64,000 bases of DNA, taken from the IMG/VR virus record IMGVR_UViG_3300019487_000025. One strand, written 5' to 3'. The notes under the pieces are model-generated. The model searched no databases, was not told where the DNA came from, and saw nothing but the letters and a program-made list of their open reading frames with translations. Below, in pieces: positions 29,600-40,341 of this stretch (within the stretch, counting starts at the first letter, position 1; each line of letters begins with the position of its first letter). A program made the translations under genes and the position numbers. This stretch comes from a virus.

Positions 29600-30169
29600 A
29601 TGGTAGCAACAGTAGCAGTATTTGTAGATACAGGAGCAGGACCTACTCCAACAGACACATCGATATCAGGTCCTCCAAATATTCGTTTTAAGACCGCTGA
29701 TGATGCCTTGATTGATGCAAACAATCCAATACCAATTCCAACAGGTATTCCAAATAGAAGTTATTGGAAGCATATTTACCTAAAAGTAACAGGTGGACCT
29801 TTTACTCAAATTGATAACATAAAGTTCTTCACTGACGGAACTGGATTCGGTACTGGTATTACTGTATTCGTTGGTGACGAAACTCCAACTAAAAACTCAG
29901 GTTCAAGTGCTGGTTATGACCAAGCATTTGGAACTGTAGGAACAACTGGAAACGAGTTAACAACCCATGCGTTTATTACAGCTAAAACAAATGCATTTAC
30001 TTTCACTTCAGGTTCACCAAAAACAATAACAATTAGTGAAGCTGGTGCAATTATAAATGCGTCAGGAGAGACAAGCAATTATTTGGTTGCTCAAATGGAT
30101 GTAGCAAATACAGCATCACCCGGTGATTTGGCAGACGAGACTTGGACATTCCAGTACGATGAAATTTAA
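29600..30169 (+). CDS. Virion structural protein
   Basis: Thr/Gly-rich; SYWKHIYLK...IDNIKFFTDG; own GCTTATA promoter and T-rich terminator. Confidence 0.6.
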   Translation: MVATVAVFVDTGAGPTPTDTSISGPPNIRFKTADDALIDANNPIPIPTGIPNRSYWKHIYLKVTGGPFTQIDNIKFFTDGTGFGTGITVFVGDETPTKNSGSSAGYDQAFGTVGTTGNELTTHAFITAKTNAFTFTSGSPKTITISEAGAIINASGETSNYLVAQMDVANTASPGDLADETWTFQYDEI

Positions 30170-30270
30170 ACCTTTCCATACTACGTAGATATAGATAGGT
30201 TTATATTATCCTTTTTTTATTTTATAACATATCCTTCAAAGTTAAATAGTACTATACACTTTATTACTAT

Positions 30271-30696
30271 ATGGGTATAACTGATACCGTAAAATGGCGA
30301 GCAGTTTATAATGATGGAACTTATCTTGACGAATTAGAACCAAATGGAACAGAACATGCTTTTAAGGAAATAAATTTTATGAAGATAGAGGCATTTCAAC
30401 TCATTAATCAACAAAAAATACCTATTTGTCAGGTAAGACTGGGTAATGGAAAACGATTAATTTTTGCAAGGAGAAAATTAATGACAACTGGTGCAAGAAC
30501 AATATTACAAGGTGATGTTAAGATTTCTATACCGGCAGAAGCACGTAAAGTAGTAATAATTCTAGGTTGGCAGAAGACTGTAAATAATGTTAATTTAAAA
30601 TCAATATTTTATCTATTACCTGACGGAAGAATAGAAATGGATGACGAATGGAGAGAGGATTCACTACATTCTCAAGTAAATACACCAAGTTTATAG
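30271..30696 (+). CDS. Conserved hypothetical protein in virion module
   Basis: WRAVYNDGT pattern; ORF track. Confidence 0.6.
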   Translation: MGITDTVKWRAVYNDGTYLDELEPNGTEHAFKEINFMKIEAFQLINQQKIPICQVRLGNGKRLIFARRKLMTTGARTILQGDVKISIPAEARKVVIILGWQKTVNNVNLKSIFYLLPDGRIEMDDEWREDSLHSQVNTPSL

Positions 30697-30768
30697 ATTT
30701 TATGCTTATATAGAGAGTATGTATATTGAATAATATGGCAATACAATGCTTTAAGGTGAGTCAATACA

Positions 30769-32343
30769 ATGACAGGGAGAATTACTGAGTTTACTGAGGC
30801 AACTCCAACAGACGATGATTATTTAGAATTTATAGATCTCGCAGAAGCAATTAACACAGATGCTAGAAATAAGAGAACAACTTTTGGTGATTTAAGGGGA
30901 GTTAATTCATGCAAAGATTCTGTTAGGGTTGCTACAACAACTAACGGAGATTTAGCAACAGCTTATGAAAATGGAGATACAGTAGATGGGGTTGTTCTTA
31001 ATACTGGAGACAGAATATTACTTAAAAATCAAACAACTGGTTCGGAAGACGGTATTTATACTGTTAATGCAAGCGGAGCACCAACTAGGGCAAAAGATTT
31101 TGATACAAGCACAGATGCAAGAAGCGGTTCTTTAGTACTAGTTCAGGAAGGAACAACAAATGCAGATACGATTTGGCAACTTACAACAAATGCTCCCATT
31201 ACATTAGGATCAACCTCTTTGACATTTACACAAGTTGATGCAAGCCATAATTTACTTTCATCAAAACACGGGGATACATTATCTGGAACCGTAGTTAGAG
31301 GTGATTCAATTGTAGGAAATAGCACCCCAGCATGGTCTAGAATAGGTATAGGAACAGCATCTAAACGCTGGAAGAGTGATGGAACAGATCCAAGTTGGGC
31401 TTGGGATAATGTAGTAACAAAAACATCAACTGCCACATTAGTAGATAGTGAAGAAATTATTTTAGTAAATCCTAGCACAAGTGCAATGACAATTAACTTA
31501 CCCCCTGCAAGTGGAAGAGGAGGAAAAAAATATAAATTAATTTATATTTCAACGACAGGTCAGCCAGTAACTATAGATGCAGATGGAAGTGAAACAATTA
31601 ATGGGAAACTAACAGTTTTACATGAACATAAATATACACAATGGTATTTAAGATGTGATGGTTCAAACTGGTTTGGAGAGTATAGTTCTAGACCATTTGC
31701 AAGTTTTTCATTTATAGATTTAATTGATGATTTTAATGGTGTTGATGGTTCAGTAATAGGTAATTTATCATGGGCTGGTCAGGGAGTTGGAACAGAAGTT
31801 ATAGAATCAATAGCTGGAGAGGCTAATCACTTTGGAATTTATAGGTTTTCTACAGGTGGTGCAAGTGGAGACGATTGTATTGTATTTTTAGGAGAAACAC
31901 CAACAATAGGTTCTTTAATCGCCAGTGATGATTGGAGTGTTACATTTTTAATAAGAATAACTGGAACATTAGCAAATGCAACAAGAAGATATGGTTTATT
32001 TGGTACTGCTACTTCAAACAGTAACGAAACAAGCGAAAACGCCTGTTTCTTGTTTGATACTGCCGTAAGTGCAAATTGGAGAATGAGAACGAGAAGTTCA
32101 GGTGGTACTGATCAAACTACAACTGGTTCTGGTGCGGTCACATTAAATACTTGGTATAAACTAAAAATTGTAAACGATGGTGGAACAATAAGATTTTATA
32201 TTAATGATATAAATGTTGCTAATCATTCAACTCAAGTTCCAAGTGGTGCTGTTTTGCCAGTCATAACTGTTGATAATACATCGGCATCATCGAGATCACA
32301 TGATATTGATTACTTTAACATCAGAGTGATACAATCAAGGTGA
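30769..32343 (+). CDS. Tail fibre or head decoration protein
   Basis: KDSVRVATT...DGVVLNTGDRILLKNQT...DGIY...TRAKDFD domain; C-terminal lectin-like fold. Confidence 0.8.
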   Translation: MTGRITEFTEATPTDDDYLEFIDLAEAINTDARNKRTTFGDLRGVNSCKDSVRVATTTNGDLATAYENGDTVDGVVLNTGDRILLKNQTTGSEDGIYTVNASGAPTRAKDFDTSTDARSGSLVLVQEGTTNADTIWQLTTNAPITLGSTSLTFTQVDASHNLLSSKHGDTLSGTVVRGDSIVGNSTPAWSRIGIGTASKRWKSDGTDPSWAWDNVVTKTSTATLVDSEEIILVNPSTSAMTINLPPASGRGGKKYKLIYISTTGQPVTIDADGSETINGKLTVLHEHKYTQWYLRCDGSNWFGEYSSRPFASFSFIDLIDDFNGVDGSVIGNLSWAGQGVGTEVIESIAGEANHFGIYRFSTGGASGDDCIVFLGETPTIGSLIASDDWSVTFLIRITGTLANATRRYGLFGTATSNSNETSENACFLFDTAVSANWRMRTRSSGGTDQTTTGSGAVTLNTWYKLKIVNDGGTIRFYINDINVANHSTQVPSGAVLPVITVDNTSASSRSHDIDYFNIRVIQSR

Positions 32344-32407
32344 TTTTAAATGATATTAAATGATAAAATGTCTAATACAATAGATAAATCAAATCCTAAT
32401 ACAATAG

Positions 32408-35400
32408 GTGGTAAAAATGACTTTAAGATATCTTGAAGGTGGTTCTACAGAACGTAGATTAGAAGGCAATTCAACTGAAAGAACACTTGAAGGTATTACA
32501 AGAACTAAGACTTTTACATGCGATGCAATATTAGTAAATAGGAACACACAAACATTCACATGTGATGGATTATTAGAAGCAACGATTAATTTCAATTTTA
32601 CAGTAGATGCATTAATAGAAGCAGAAGTAATGGAGTTTTTCCTAGTAGATGCATTATTGGAGCAAACATTTGATGAAACATTTACAGTTGATGCAATATT
32701 AAACAAAGTATCAGATTTTACAGTAGATTCATTATTAAGAGATACATTTGATGGAACATTTACTGTAGATTCGATTGTAATAAACAGAATAAACAAGACA
32801 TTTATTGTAGATACCATATTATCACAAGAAGCATTAAATCTATTTTTGATAGATGCTTTATTAGAAGAGACCAATACATTTACGTTTGATATAGATGCAA
32901 TAACATATTTACCAATTTATAATACATATACTATAGATGCTTTATTAAAGAAAGAAAAGACAAAAACTTTCATTATTGATGCTGTATTTGAACAAGAAAA
33001 AACTAAAACATTTACAGTTGACTCATTATTAATTTCATCAACACAACCTACAAAACTATTTGCTGTTGATGCAAGGTTAAAACAAGTTCAAACAGAAACA
33101 TTCACGGTTCAGGCAAACTTAAGATATAAACAAACTAAAACACCAACCGTTGATGCATTAATAAAACTAACAGGAGAGGTCTTATGTAGTACGTTAGAAC
33201 CAATATTCTCTGATACATTTGATTCAAGTACAGGATGGACGACATTTGGATTAATCACAGTTGATTCGTTAGCAAACCCCGATGTATTAAGATATAGTTG
33301 TGTTAATTCATCAAATCCGGGTTCTCAGGCAATAAAGACGTTACCTATTCCAACGGGAGAAGAATTTAGGATAGAATTTACACACAATAATATTGGAGGA
33401 TGTACATCATTCGGTTCATTTGCTTCATTTGGACTTACTGATTCAACAACAAGAATAGGACACCAATTTACCGCCGTACCAAAATTAGAATATAGAGTTA
33501 ATTCGGGTGATGGACCTAATGGCGAAGGAATAAGAATACTTTACAGATCTACAGTATCAGATCCAGTATTAATTAGTGTAAGTGCTATTCCAATGACTGA
33601 TAATACAACATATTATGTAAGAATAGACAAAAACTTGGCAAGTATAATTACGCTAAGTATGTTCTCAGATTCAGCTAGAACAATTCACGTATCAGGCTCT
33701 CCAATTACATTAGATGTATCGTCACAGATTAAGGTTCCATTTACATATGTTCAAGCTTCAAACGTAGGTCCTGCAGGTCCGGGTAGTGCAAGACAATATA
33801 CTGGAGAAATAGAGGATTTGATAATATATGAAGACAGATGTCCAAACTTCCTTGTAGACGCATTCTTGAAGAAAACACAAGAAGAGGTATTTAATATTGA
33901 TGCAAATCTTTCAACTAGATTCCAATTTACTTGTGATGCTTTATTAAAGAAAACAAGAACTAAGACATTTACAATAGATGCATTCTTTGAAGCGGAAGAT
34001 ACGCTAGAAACATTTACAACAGATGCACTTCTTGTAAGAGTTAAAAAATTCAGTTTAGATGCTCTTATCAAAGCATTGGGAGACAATAGATGTCCATTTG
34101 AGAATATATTTGAGGAACACTTTACAACTACATCAGGATGGAGTGTTGAAATTAATAATACTACTGTAGATGGATGGGGAACACAAAGAATATTCATAGA
34201 TGGTGAATCTCTATCTTCACAAGAATTAGACCAATTTGGCGATACTAATGGGTTTGCTTATATCATAATGCCTCCGGGCGGATTTAATCCATCTGATACA
34301 CCTATATTGAAATCGAAATACAGGAGAAAGAAACTTGATTTTAATGGAGGAATAGGAAGAGTAAGAGGAAATAATATTAGATTAGACTTTGAACTTACAC
34401 ATATTTCTGGAACATTAGGAAAATGGGTAGTATTGAATAAATCAAGCTTACATCCAGACAATGATCCAAATACTGCAACTTTAAATGTAAATGTATCTGC
34501 TTCTCAAGCAATATCAGTTACACTTGGTGATGGAGTAAACAGTGCAACTACATCATCGTTATCAATAGGAGGAGTAAAAAGATATGTATCTATAGAATCG
34601 GTTGGAAATACACTAACATTAAACGTATATTCAGATGAAGCACATACAACTCACATAGCAGGTTCTCCAATTAATGTTAATACATCTTCTGTAAATAAGG
34701 ATCAATTAGATTTAAGTTGGTTAATAATAGGTGCAAATAACAAGAGTGCTAGTACAGCAAATCCAGATACAATCGGAAAAGTTGATAATATTAAGATATT
34801 TTCATCACCATGTCCAGTAGCATATGTTGATGGTTATTTAACACAATCATTTAGTACCACATTAACGATAGATGCAAGATTAATAAAAGAACAACGATTC
34901 ACAATAGATGCTATAATACAAGGCAGAAAGTTCTTTAATGTTGATGCCAAATTAGTAAGAGAAAGAACAACAATAATAGATGCTTTGTTATTCAAGACTA
35001 GAACTAGACTATTTACAGTAGATCCGTTACTAATAGGAGCGGTAAATAAGACATTTAAAATAGATGGATTACCATTTGTTCCACCAGCGGTATTAATAAT
35101 AACCGACGCAATAATTAACTTACAGGATGTAAATAAAACATTTGATATTGATTCTATATTAATAAAAGGAGCATTCCATACATTTACTGTAGATGCATTT
35201 ATAATACAATTAACTATAAATAAACAATTTACCGTAGATTCAAGAATAAGAGAAACAAACATAGAATCATTTTATGTAGACGCATTGGTAAAAATGTTAG
35301 GATCTAACGGAACATGTAATTTCCAGCCAGATCCATTCTTTGCTATCGATACTGGATTGGAACAATATATCGGACCTATAACTCCAGAGCATGAGGAAAG

Positions 35401-37216
35401 TGTTGATTTATTGATAGGACAAGAAGTTATTTTGAATAATCAACAAGTAAGAAGAGTAATTGTATTATTAAGAGCAAGTGGGTTCCCCAATGAGATAATA
35501 GAAGAATCATTGATAATAGGAAAAATATGGGGCAATGTTGTAGTAGGCAATCCAGCAGGAGAAATAGTTGAATCAACCTCAGAAAATACTATAAACGCAC
35601 AAAATACATCTGGAGATCTTCCAGCAGGTGTTTGGAGAGAAATAACATTTATTTATGATCCTTTGACAACTCCATTCCTAACAGGAAACTTTGTAGTTGG
35701 ATTCCAGCACTTTGTTGGACCTAATACAAATGATCCACAAGGAGTAGGAATTGCAATTCCAGTTATATCTAATAGCAACGTAATATCTGGAAGTGCTGTG
35801 ATGAGAAGAGAAGGAAATTCAATAATTGATCCATTGACGTGGCAATACCTAACCTCAATGTCTAAGGATATAGTAATAAGAGTTGAAGTGGTAAATGGCG
35901 ATGACGTAGTAGAAGGAATAAACAGACGATGTCCAAGAGTAGATTCACTGTTGTCACTAGCAAACACAAAAGTAGTAACTGTTGATGCTCATATTGCAAC
36001 CAGAAAGTTATTCACATTAGATGCATTGTTTGATCAAGCAAAACCAAAGACATTTATCATAGATGCTAGATTGATTGGTAATCCAAAACCAAAAGTAGAT
36101 GCAATACTTATAACAGCATCAATATTTACAATAGACGCTGTAACATTCACACCACCAGCAATAACATTCACTATAGATGCGTTATTAAGAGGAGCAAAAT
36201 TTACGATAGATGCATACATTGAGCAACAAAACAAAAACAAAATATTTAATTGCAATGCATTATTATCAGTTCCAAATAATCTAAAAACATTCAGTATTGA
36301 TGCAAAAACACAGTACTTTAATCTAGTTGCTCCATTCAAGGTAGATGGATTTGTAATAAGATTCCCAAGTGCATTATTCTTCATAGATGGAATAGTTAAA
36401 GCCTTTAACAAACAGAAGTTATTCAGAGTAGACGCTTTATTAGAAAAAACAAAAACATCCACTTTCTTAGTTGATGCAAGAGTAAAGAAAACAGGATTTA
36501 AGACATTTACAGTGGATGCTGAATTAATAATAAAAGACAAAGTAGTAACATTTGACATAACAGCATCGCTAGCAACTACACAGCCTCCAATATTATTCAG
36601 TGTTGGTGCATTAATAATTAAAACAAATGCAAGATATAGAGTAGATTCACTATTAAGATTAAGAAAAACAAAGACATTTACAGCGGATGCAAGATTATCA
36701 AGTAGACTAAACAAAACATATTTAACAGATGCATTGATTAAAGAATTTAATGTAGCAGAGTTGGTAATAATAGATTCAATAATAAAGAAACAAACGGATC
36801 TGCAATTCATAGTAGATGCAAATGTAGAATCAACGGCTGGGGTTGTTACATTTACAATAAACTCTAGATTAGTGTTCCCATTCAAGAAACCACTGGTTGA
36901 TGCAAGAGTGGTAAATAGGAAAATAAAGGAATTTACTGTTGATAGTTTCATAGATCCACCATTTAAACAAAAACCAAGAGTAGATGCAATAGTTAAAGCA
37001 TTTGGAATAAATAGACCATTTACAATAGATGCATTAATAGGAATTGGTCAAAAGAAAGTAACAGTTGACGCAAAGCTAAATAAGATTAAGATCTTTACTA
37101 TAGATGCTATGACTGGAGAATTAATAGATGTGGGAGTGGAAGCAGAATCTGTAATAAACGATGGTAGTGGTAACGTAGGATTCGAATCAACCATGGGTAT
37201 AGGTGGTACACAATGA
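32408..37216 (+). CDS. 1602-aa repetitive fibre-like protein: ~60 F-T-[VI]-D-A repeats with three inserted globular domains
   Basis: Repeats counted manually in the translation; inserts bounded by Cys. Confidence 0.8.
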   Translation: MVKMTLRYLEGGSTERRLEGNSTERTLEGITRTKTFTCDAILVNRNTQTFTCDGLLEATINFNFTVDALIEAEVMEFFLVDALLEQTFDETFTVDAILNKVSDFTVDSLLRDTFDGTFTVDSIVINRINKTFIVDTILSQEALNLFLIDALLEETNTFTFDIDAITYLPIYNTYTIDALLKKEKTKTFIIDAVFEQEKTKTFTVDSLLISSTQPTKLFAVDARLKQVQTETFTVQANLRYKQTKTPTVDALIKLTGEVLCSTLEPIFSDTFDSSTGWTTFGLITVDSLANPDVLRYSCVNSSNPGSQAIKTLPIPTGEEFRIEFTHNNIGGCTSFGSFASFGLTDSTTRIGHQFTAVPKLEYRVNSGDGPNGEGIRILYRSTVSDPVLISVSAIPMTDNTTYYVRIDKNLASIITLSMFSDSARTIHVSGSPITLDVSSQIKVPFTYVQASNVGPAGPGSARQYTGEIEDLIIYEDRCPNFLVDAFLKKTQEEVFNIDANLSTRFQFTCDALLKKTRTKTFTIDAFFEAEDTLETFTTDALLVRVKKFSLDALIKALGDNRCPFENIFEEHFTTTSGWSVEINNTTVDGWGTQRIFIDGESLSSQELDQFGDTNGFAYIIMPPGGFNPSDTPILKSKYRRKKLDFNGGIGRVRGNNIRLDFELTHISGTLGKWVVLNKSSLHPDNDPNTATLNVNVSASQAISVTLGDGVNSATTSSLSIGGVKRYVSIESVGNTLTLNVYSDEAHTTHIAGSPINVNTSSVNKDQLDLSWLIIGANNKSASTANPDTIGKVDNIKIFSSPCPVAYVDGYLTQSFSTTLTIDARLIKEQRFTIDAIIQGRKFFNVDAKLVRERTTIIDALLFKTRTRLFTVDPLLIGAVNKTFKIDGLPFVPPAVLIITDAIINLQDVNKTFDIDSILIKGAFHTFTVDAFIIQLTINKQFTVDSRIRETNIESFYVDALVKMLGSNGTCNFQPDPFFAIDTGLEQYIGPITPEHEESVDLLIGQEVILNNQQVRRVIVLLRASGFPNEIIEESLIIGKIWGNVVVGNPAGEIVESTSENTINAQNTSGDLPAGVWREITFIYDPLTTPFLTGNFVVGFQHFVGPNTNDPQGVGIAIPVISNSNVISGSAVMRREGNSIIDPLTWQYLTSMSKDIVIRVEVVNGDDVVEGINRRCPRVDSLLSLANTKVVTVDAHIATRKLFTLDALFDQAKPKTFIIDARLIGNPKPKVDAILITASIFTIDAVTFTPPAITFTIDALLRGAKFTIDAYIEQQNKNKIFNCNALLSVPNNLKTFSIDAKTQYFNLVAPFKVDGFVIRFPSALFFIDGIVKAFNKQKLFRVDALLEKTKTSTFLVDARVKKTGFKTFTVDAELIIKDKVVTFDITASLATTQPPILFSVGALIIKTNARYRVDSLLRLRKTKTFTADARLSSRLNKTYLTDALIKEFNVAELVIIDSIIKKQTDLQFIVDANVESTAGVVTFTINSRLVFPFKKPLVDARVVNRKIKEFTVDSFIDPPFKQKPRVDAIVKAFGINRPFTIDALIGIGQKKVTVDAKLNKIKIFTIDAMTGELIDVGVEAESVINDGSGNVGFESTMGIGGTQ

Positions 37217-39924
37217 CAGCGTGGGATATTTCAACAGCAGTATTTCAAAATTCAAAACAAGTAGTAACTTCTTCAACACATTCACCAACAGGATTGTTTA
37301 TCAGAAGTGATGGATTAAAAATGTATGTTATAAACAATTCGAGGGTAAATGATGGAAATCCAGCAAACACAAATCAAATTTTAGAATTTAATCTTTCTAC
37401 AGCATGGAATATAACAACAGCTTCACTTGTTCAATCTTTTAACGTTACTCCAAACACTGTTGATCCAAAAGGGATATTTTTTAGACCTGATGGTACTAGA
37501 ATGTTTCTGGTAAAAGGTGAACCACCTGTAAGAATACATCAATATAATTTATCAACACCATGGAATATATCAACGGCAATATTTAACATAACCAGTATAG
37601 AACTACCAGCACCAACACCAGTAGTATTTCCACAAGATATATTCTTTAGAAGTGATGGATTGAAACTATACATAACAAATACTGATGATGATGAAATACT
37701 TGAATATAATTTATCAGTACCATGGGATGTAACAAACCCATCACTTTCATTTGTTCAAAGTAAAAGTGTAGTTGCTCAAGACACCGTTCCAACTGGAATA
37801 TTCTTTAAACCAGATGGATTAAAAATGTATATAACGGGAGGACAAAATAGAAATATTTATGAATATAATCTTTCTACAGCATGGAATATATCTACTGCCA
37901 CATTTTTCCAAAGTAAAAATATAAGTACTGAGGATACACTTCCAATAAGCTTATTTTTCAAGCCAGATGGATTAAATATATTTACAACTGGTGATACAAA
38001 CGGTCGTGTTTATTCATATGATTTATCAGAAGCACCGCCACCACCATGTTTACCTCCTTGTATATTTTGTGATGATATTTCTACGAATACTGGATGGGTA
38101 AGAACAGGTCCTATTGTAAATAGCATGATATTGATTGATGATCCATCGTTTCCAGACACAATGAGATTAAATAGTTTAAATGGTAATAATTGGGCTTACA
38201 AAGATATAGGAGGTGCAATTTCAGGAAACAATATTAAATTTCAATTTAAACTTGATTATGAATCTAGAGTAACAGTAACTGGATTTTCTCCTAGAATTTC
38301 AGTAGCATTTGGCTCATCCACTGGTCATCCACAAACACAAACAGGAAGCATAATTAGAGTTGATGTTGACATATCAAAACAACCATATAGTGTATTAAAT
38401 GGTATAGTTAGTGATGGAATAACAACAATAAACACAGTTTCTGGAGCAAGTAACCAACATGCGTTATGGATATATCCTAATAATAATGTTCCAGCATCAA
38501 ATGATTCATTGAAAGGTCCTTATTATGTAACCGTTGAATTAAAGGATAATAAGTTAAGATTAAGTATGTATATTGATTCGGCTAGAACTCAACACATGAG
38601 AGGCAGTCCAATAACTGTAGATGCCATTGGTATGAATTTAACGAATCTTAGATATGTACTGGTTAGTGGTGGTTTTAATGCTGGCAGTGGAAGAGCATTT
38701 ACTGGATTTATTGATGATATATGTGTGTTTCAAAACTCTGGCGGGTTATCAATAATACCACAAAAATTTATTCCAGCCACAGGTTCATTTATAGAAACAT
38801 GGGATGGATACGCAACAGGAGATCAAAATCCAACGCCATGGATAAGTAGAAACGAAGTGATAGGAGGTCCTGTTACATTATTAACTGATATACATGAGGT
38901 TTCAACAATAAATCCAATAGAAGGAACAAAGGCATTTAAGATAAATCATAAATTTAGTAGGATAGGAAATGGACCAAGAGAAGGAAGAGAATCAGTTTCA
39001 AGATTTGTTCCAGCAGTAGTAAGAACAGATGGATCTGGATTAGATATACCATTATCATTAACCGCTAAAATGAGAGCAGATATCTTGAGTCTAGCAAGTG
39101 ATCCAATAGGAGTTATGGTAGGATATGAATTATTGTTGGGAGCACCAAGTGTTCCAACACCAACAAGAGGCATTTTCTTTAAATTATACGGAAATAATAG
39201 TTCAACAGTTGCTTATATATGGGATGGAACACAATGGATATCTAATAATCCTTTAGATGCACCTATCTCACAATCTAATCCTGTTGGTTCAATTCAAGAA
39301 ATATCTGTTTTTAATTTAAAAAATGAATTTGATAGTAGTGTTCAAAGCGAATTACTTGGATGGGATTTTGAATCTCACGTATCTGGAATATGGGTAGGAT
39401 ATGTAGGAGTTAATATTGCGGGTGCAAATTTTAATCCAACAGAGGTATTAATAAATGGTGATACAATATCTATGTTAAATGCTGGAGTAACAATAAAAAC
39501 ATTCCCTGTAGGTGCAATAATAAAAGGAGTGACACCGAAAGAATTCAAAGTAAGTGCTAAATTAATCAAAAGAAAAGAATTTACAATAAATGCTCATATT
39601 CCACCAATTCCAAAGAAACCAAAAGTTAATGCTAGATTAGTAAGAAGAAATGCAGTTAACAGTACCTATGTTAATGCTATTTTGTTTGGTACAGTAACAA
39701 TAACAACTCAAACAAAAACATTCTTGATAAACGCTATTATACAGCAACCTCTCTATAAGACTCCATTAGTAAATGCAATATTGATAAAAAGAAAAGAAAA
39801 AACCACTTCGATTAATGCTATATTGGTTCCTTTATCTAAGACTTTCAAAATAGATGCGTTAGTAGGAATATTTGAGCCAATGTCTATTTTAGACGTTGAG
39901 TCGGTGATAGGGCATGAAGTTTAA
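37213..39924 (+). CDS. Beta-propeller + lectin-like domains + C-terminal F-T-I-[DN]-A repeats
   Basis: Repeated G.FF[KR].DGLK.Y...EYNLSTAW.I.TA blades; middle domain similar to inserts of upstream gene; about nine shaft repeats. Confidence 0.8.
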   Translation: MTAWDISTAVFQNSKQVVTSSTHSPTGLFIRSDGLKMYVINNSRVNDGNPANTNQILEFNLSTAWNITTASLVQSFNVTPNTVDPKGIFFRPDGTRMFLVKGEPPVRIHQYNLSTPWNISTAIFNITSIELPAPTPVVFPQDIFFRSDGLKLYITNTDDDEILEYNLSVPWDVTNPSLSFVQSKSVVAQDTVPTGIFFKPDGLKMYITGGQNRNIYEYNLSTAWNISTATFFQSKNISTEDTLPISLFFKPDGLNIFTTGDTNGRVYSYDLSEAPPPPCLPPCIFCDDISTNTGWVRTGPIVNSMILIDDPSFPDTMRLNSLNGNNWAYKDIGGAISGNNIKFQFKLDYESRVTVTGFSPRISVAFGSSTGHPQTQTGSIIRVDVDISKQPYSVLNGIVSDGITTINTVSGASNQHALWIYPNNNVPASNDSLKGPYYVTVELKDNKLRLSMYIDSARTQHMRGSPITVDAIGMNLTNLRYVLVSGGFNAGSGRAFTGFIDDICVFQNSGGLSIIPQKFIPATGSFIETWDGYATGDQNPTPWISRNEVIGGPVTLLTDIHEVSTINPIEGTKAFKINHKFSRIGNGPREGRESVSRFVPAVVRTDGSGLDIPLSLTAKMRADILSLASDPIGVMVGYELLLGAPSVPTPTRGIFFKLYGNNSSTVAYIWDGTQWISNNPLDAPISQSNPVGSIQEISVFNLKNEFDSSVQSELLGWDFESHVSGIWVGYVGVNIAGANFNPTEVLINGDTISMLNAGVTIKTFPVGAIIKGVTPKEFKVSAKLIKRKEFTINAHIPPIPKKPKVNARLVRRNAVNSTYVNAILFGTVTITTQTKTFLINAIIQQPLYKTPLVNAILIKRKEKTTSINAILVPLSKTFKIDALVGIFEPMSILDVESVIGHEV

Positions 39925-39984
39925 AGAGATATTAGGGTATCAATTTATAAATAAGATAGCAATAAGTATATATGGGGCGAGTCA

Positions 39985-40341
39985 ATGGTAAACATAATTC
40001 CAGATATTAAGGTAGGCAATATAGGCACGCGTCTACGCGTAAGAATGACAAAAGTGAAGGATTCTATAGCACCAGAAAATGTTAAAGGCGATCCTTCTGA
40101 AAGAGAACCAGTAAGCTTATCAACTACTTCAGGAACATGGATAGAATTAGAAGTTCCAAAAGGCAAAAGAAAACCACTTTTAGTAGCAACTATTATAGAT
40201 TCTCAAAATGGGTTAATGGAGCATATTGATTCTGTTGGTATATTTGATGTTGACGGAAGATGGAAAATTCGAGGTGTAGTTCAATTTAATTCGGGTAATA
40301 TATTTAAAGGAACTTGGACTGGCTTCATGGTAGGTGATTAA
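39985..40341 (+). CDS. BppU-N-like Ig domain protein
   Basis: VGNIGTRLRV...GIFDVDGRWKIRGVV. Confidence 0.6.
   Translation: MVNIIPDIKVGNIGTRLRVRMTKVKDSIAPENVKGDPSEREPVSLSTTSGTWIELEVPKGKRKPLLVATIIDSQNGLMEHIDSVGIFDVDGRWKIRGVVQFNSGNIFKGTWTGFMVGD

Noticed and set aside
30735-40010. Short out-of-frame upstream ORFs at leaderless spacing (30735..30788 and 39972..40010)
   Set aside because: Both main genes have Shine-Dalgarno-like GGTGA/GGGCGA signals, and ATGs arise easily by chance; not enough support without ribosome data
39972-40045. GC-richer stretch ggggcgagtcaatggtaaac resembling a tRNA 5' end
   Set aside because: No T-loop or acceptor pairing found; it overlaps the start of the 39985 gene
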